Shown here: positions 46,701 to 50,537 of the stretch, piece by piece
How the letters are laid out: every line of letters begins with the position of its first letter
Numbering within the stretch: the first letter of the stretch is position 1
DNA from: Octopus bimaculoides
Lineage: Eukaryota
Assembly: GCF_001194135.2 (NCBI RefSeq)
Contig: NC_068982.1
Coordinates: 86,538,110-86,588,646, forward strand
Direction: 5' to 3'
Length of the DNA: 50,537 bases
Program-made: the position numbers and the translations under genes
The notes under the pieces: model-generated
The model's database searches: none
What the model was told of the DNA's origin: nothing
Seen by the model: the letters and a program-made list of their open reading frames with translations, nothing else

Positions 46701-49405
46701 TGGAGATGATTCTCTTTTGTATCACTAGCGATGAGTATGTCATCGACATAGGCGAATACAAAATTAAGCCCACGAACAACTTCATCTATAAATCTTTGGA
46801 AAGTGCTTGTCGCATTCCTCAGACCGAAGCTCATAAAAAGAAATTCAAAACAGCCAAAAGGAGTAGTGATGGCAGTTTTGGGAATGTCCTCTGGATTAAC
46901 TGGAATCTGGTGATAAGCCCGAACCAGATCAATCTTGGAAAAGATAGTGCAACTGTGTAGATTTGCTGAAAAATCCTGAAAATTCCTAATTGAATAACAA
47001 TCTGGGACCGTTACAGCATTGAGTCGCCGATAGTCCCCCACCAGACGAAAATCAGAATCACCTTTTCATGCCAAATGAAGGGGAGATGCCCATGGGCTGG
47101 TGGAGGGCCGTATGAGGCCGAGTTGAAGCATGTGTTCAAACTTGGCCTTAGCCGTCTTAAGGCGGTCTGGTGCCAGACGTCGTGGATGCGAAAAAACAGG
47201 CGGCCCAGTTGTTTTGAAATAATGGAAGGTGGAATGAGCAGGCTTTGCTGACTTAAAAGTTATGTCCATCAGCTCGGGAAAGGAAGCTAGAAGCGAATGA
47301 GAAACATCCCCAGCAGTGGCAATAGTTGAACCGTCGACAAGCCTCTGACGCTGAACATCTGCCAACATGTTAAAATGATTTAAAAAGTCTGCACCCAAAA
47401 TAGGATGCGGAATGTCAGCTATGACAAAAACCCATTGAAAATCTCTATGAAGACCAATGTCTAGGCATAGAGAAAACTGACCAAATGTATTTATCGGAGA
47501 GGAATCAATTGCATGCAACACTATAAGCGAACGCTTAGGTTTGTCACTAGTAAAATGAAGAGGCCAAATACTACAGCACGATCCAGTGTCAATCATGAAG
47601 GACTTCTTTGACACTTGGTCCTGGACAAAAATTGCACGATGAAAGGTAGGTGTAGAGGAAGAAACAGACGGGCTCAATTTCTTGGAAGTTTTCCGAAACT
47701 TTAAAGGAGCATGGCTGGATGCACTTGTGTGCCTTTTCAGCGAATTTTGTATGATACCAGCACATACCAGGTTGTGTCCTAGAAGTTGAATGACTACGAG
47801 ATCTGCTACGTGAGCGTGAAAAAGACCGCTTAGAATGGCACAGATCATTCATCCGACACGTAAGTTTCTCCAGTTTGTCAGCAAAATCATCAGAAGAGAG
47901 ACAGGCACTGTGTGCAGGCTGAGCGGAAAATTCAAGAATCTTGTCTGCCATGGTGGCGACTTGATCAACCGTGTTGGCATCAAGCGCCATTGCCAAATTT
48001 GTACGCACGTGAGATGGTAAACGAGAGAAAAAATCTTATGAAGGAGAAGGGTGTCAATCTTCTCACTGCTCAACTCCCTAAGATGGCGTAAAAATTCTGA
48101 AGGTGTCCTGTCACCTAACTCTTCATCAGCCATCAGCTCATTAAATCTACTTTTGGCAGACTTTGTGTTGCGTTGCAAAATTTCTGCCTTTACAGACGCA
48201 TAATTGGCATCTGGGTTCAGGGATGTAACTAGATCTCTGGCAGATGTTGCAAGCTGTGTTGGTAAACTACAATAGAAGAATTTCAGTTGATTCGACGGAG
48301 AAATTCCATATGCATCAAAGTGAGCTTCTAATTGAGTGAACCATAAGAGCGCATCACCAGTGAATGGAGGTAACATGTGTGACGACATATTTGTTCGAGA
48401 ATGATTCCATCAAAGTGAAAAGGAATGAAAAGGAACAATGAATAAAATTCTCTCGATATGAGGACACCAAACAAAAAACAAAGCCGATGATAAAAAACAA
48501 AAAAAATATTTGTTTTTTGTTCATGTGTTGTGTGTGGAAACAATAGTGTGCATTAGAGAGAGAGAGAGAAAAAAAAATTTTCATAAAACAAAAAAACAAT
48601 GGTGTTTGCTTTTGTTTTTTTTTCTGTGTGCGTGTGTAGATTGTACTGCATGCAGGAAAAAGTTTTCACCAACCTTCTCGTATTTTGTCTGCAAGAAAAA
48701 TATTACCAGGACAGGAGAGAGAAATTAAATGTGTGTGTGTCTGTTATATTTTAATGATAGTGTTGAAGTATTGTAGCACAATTGACACCATGTGGATTTG
48801 CAGCAGTTGTTTATCACTGTTTCTTTCTTCTTCTCTTCACGGACTGATGCGAGTGACAGAAAATGGAGATTTTATCGAGGCAGGCGTTGTCATCGTGACA
48901 AATTTTTTTATCATCATCTCTTCCCGGTTGACGAGTTGTGAGAGAGAAAGTGTGACAAGCGGCTGGGTTCTGTCTACTTGGTTCCAGTTTCAAACGAGAA
49001 AATTCCGTATTCTGTACTTGGGGTCACCAGTATAAAAGGTTGATAGTAACATAGAGACATTAGTCTCTCTCTCTATCACCTTTTAATAAAATTATTTATT
49101 AGGAAACAGTAGAACAATTAACAACATAATAAAAATAAGTTTTATTTTGGTAATGCTTGGCTTTACAAATCCTGTGTCATACAGCCTGGTAGCCCCTGGT
49201 TAACCTGTAATCAGCATCTTGAGATTAAGAGCTTCGTTGTTGTCACATAGAAGGCATCATGCTAAAGAGGCTGAGAAAACGTGCGAAGCGCTTTAAGTAC
49301 TGGTTTACTATGCATGTGCACTCGAGGGGCTTCCGGGAAGGCAAGTCCCTTGCACATGTGTAGATTGTACTTCCTTAATGGCGGCCATAATTTCGCGCCA
49401 CTACA
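43752..49405 (-). mobile_element. Full-length Gypsy LTR retrotransposon, CsRn1-type
   Basis: LTRs at 43752-~44135 and 49031-49405; GTTA target duplication; PBS TGGTGACCCC (49029-49020, tRNA-Trp-like); gag with CWYHTKFAEKAHKCIQPC (CHCC); protease IDTGS; RT YVDD; RNase H; integrase FVSGWVSRFGVP, NGMVERFHRQLK. Several frameshifts. Confidence 0.93.
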
Positions 49406-49868
49406 GTTATTTTATTGACCTTGAAAGAAATGAAAAATAAAGTAGCCTATGTAGGATAAACCCTTTAAACTCCTTTTAATTAATTAATCAAACAGACGGT
49501 TCTGCATTTAAATTAATGTTCTACTTTATTTAATAGTAAGGCAACTTTTAGAAGATCCATTGGGATATATTAAAGTTAGTGATAATTTATAAATAGTTTG
49601 AGCATAAGTAAGCTGTGAAAGTAGATGAGCAGATACAACTGTACATAGATGTAAATGAATGATGAAAGTTGGATGAAAAACTATTTGCTGTTAGTGATTC
49701 TCATAACAGGAAGAAGTGATGGGGTCATATTCCTAACATTTGGTCTAATAGAAGAGATCACAAGAAATGGAGATGATTGGTAATAAGTTGTATAGAAAAT
49801 TTATTCCTTTATTCAATCTGTAGCAGCATAGAAAAGTGCTGATTTAAAATGTTAACAAAAAGAAACAT

Positions 49869-49869
49869 G

Positions 49870-49909
<40 letters not shown>
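49869..49909. repeat. (TA)n microsatellite (others near 14629-14654, 24220-24244, 24670-24710, 25046-25084)
   Basis: Direct reading. Confidence 0.9.
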
Positions 49910-49911
<2 letters not shown>

Positions 49912-50303
49912 GAGCATCATTCTGAATCGCTTTTTCTTTTCTGTAGTTTTGAGAAAATCTTTAATTATATGTATTATTTTTAGGTGAATCTGTAAAATAC
50001 TTAGCTCTAGTTCCAAATAGTTCAATAGTTCCAGAAAAATTTGACCAATTTTATGAAAGCATTTAAATTTGTGTATAGAAATTCATCAATGTATAGATTC
50101 ATAAGTGGGTTGTTTGATTTTTCATATCAGTATAATAAAATATAGCTGCAGTTTATCTGAATATAGTAACAAACACCATGGAGAAGTATAATTCTCTACT
50201 ATCAGCAGCAGTAAAACAAAGGTTAATTTGGGTTTTATAGGTTCATTGTGCTAAGTTATTTGATAGACAGAAGTGGGTGAAGGTCTATGGTTGCTGATGC
50301 CTG

Positions 50304-50537
50304 TATCATCATCATCATCATCATCGTTTAACGTCCGCTTTCCATGCTAGCATGGGTTGGACGATTTGACTGAGGACTGGTGCAACCGGATGGCTACACC
50401 AGGCTCCAATCTAATTTGGCAGAGTTTCTACAGCTGGATGCCCTTCCTAACACCAACCACTCAGAGAGTGTAGTGGGTGCTTTTACGTGTCACCCGCACG
50501 AAAACGGCCACGCTCGAAATGGTGTCTTTTATGTGCC
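50304..50537 (-). mobile_element. SINE/RTE-type 3' tail, young copy, runs off the window
   Basis: Closely reverse-complementary to 13257-13522; (CAT)n tail. Confidence 0.85.

Noticed and set aside
49517-49554. Possible SPEF1 exon RQLLEDPLGYIK between TAATAG and GTTAGT
   Set aside because: Needs a phase-1 start but exon 5 ends in phase 0, and the DP motif is already supplied by exon 5. The expected last exon (KV.RLEHLL.LK..RI) was not found in the window.

Overview
AT-rich (gappy, N-containing) eukaryotic genomic DNA. The repeat complement (RTE and CR1-type LINEs, tRNA-SINEs, (GAT)n-tailed SINE ends, Penelope-like elements, TA/AC microsatellites) resembles a cephalopod (Octopus-like) assembly; this is inference, not a database result. 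One host gene is well supported: a + strand SPEF1 (sperm flagellar protein 1, CH-like domain) homologue with five phase-compatible coding exons (9009-9111, 15778-15889, 34702-34964, 39789-39831, 43088-43190; 208 codons). Its last exon is not recognisable in the window. Candidate RFX X-boxes lie upstream. A decayed, intron-containing DUF4806-like gene lies on the - strand at 387-1412. The rest is mostly mobile DNA: a Gypsy 3' LTR, two Gypsy pol fragments, a complete CsRn1-type Gypsy with LTRs, PBS and TSD (43752-49405), three RTE LINEs, a CR1-like LINE, two Penelope-like elements, a mariner, a complete Chapaev3-type transposon with TAA TSD, MITEs and SINEs. The most unusual signal is a set of eight hammerhead-ribozyme motifs from about four sequence families inside SPEF1 introns 1-2. 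Six of them form three head-to-head inverted pairs in which only one core is intact. All calls were made by eye; ribozyme activity, splicing and family names are unverified.
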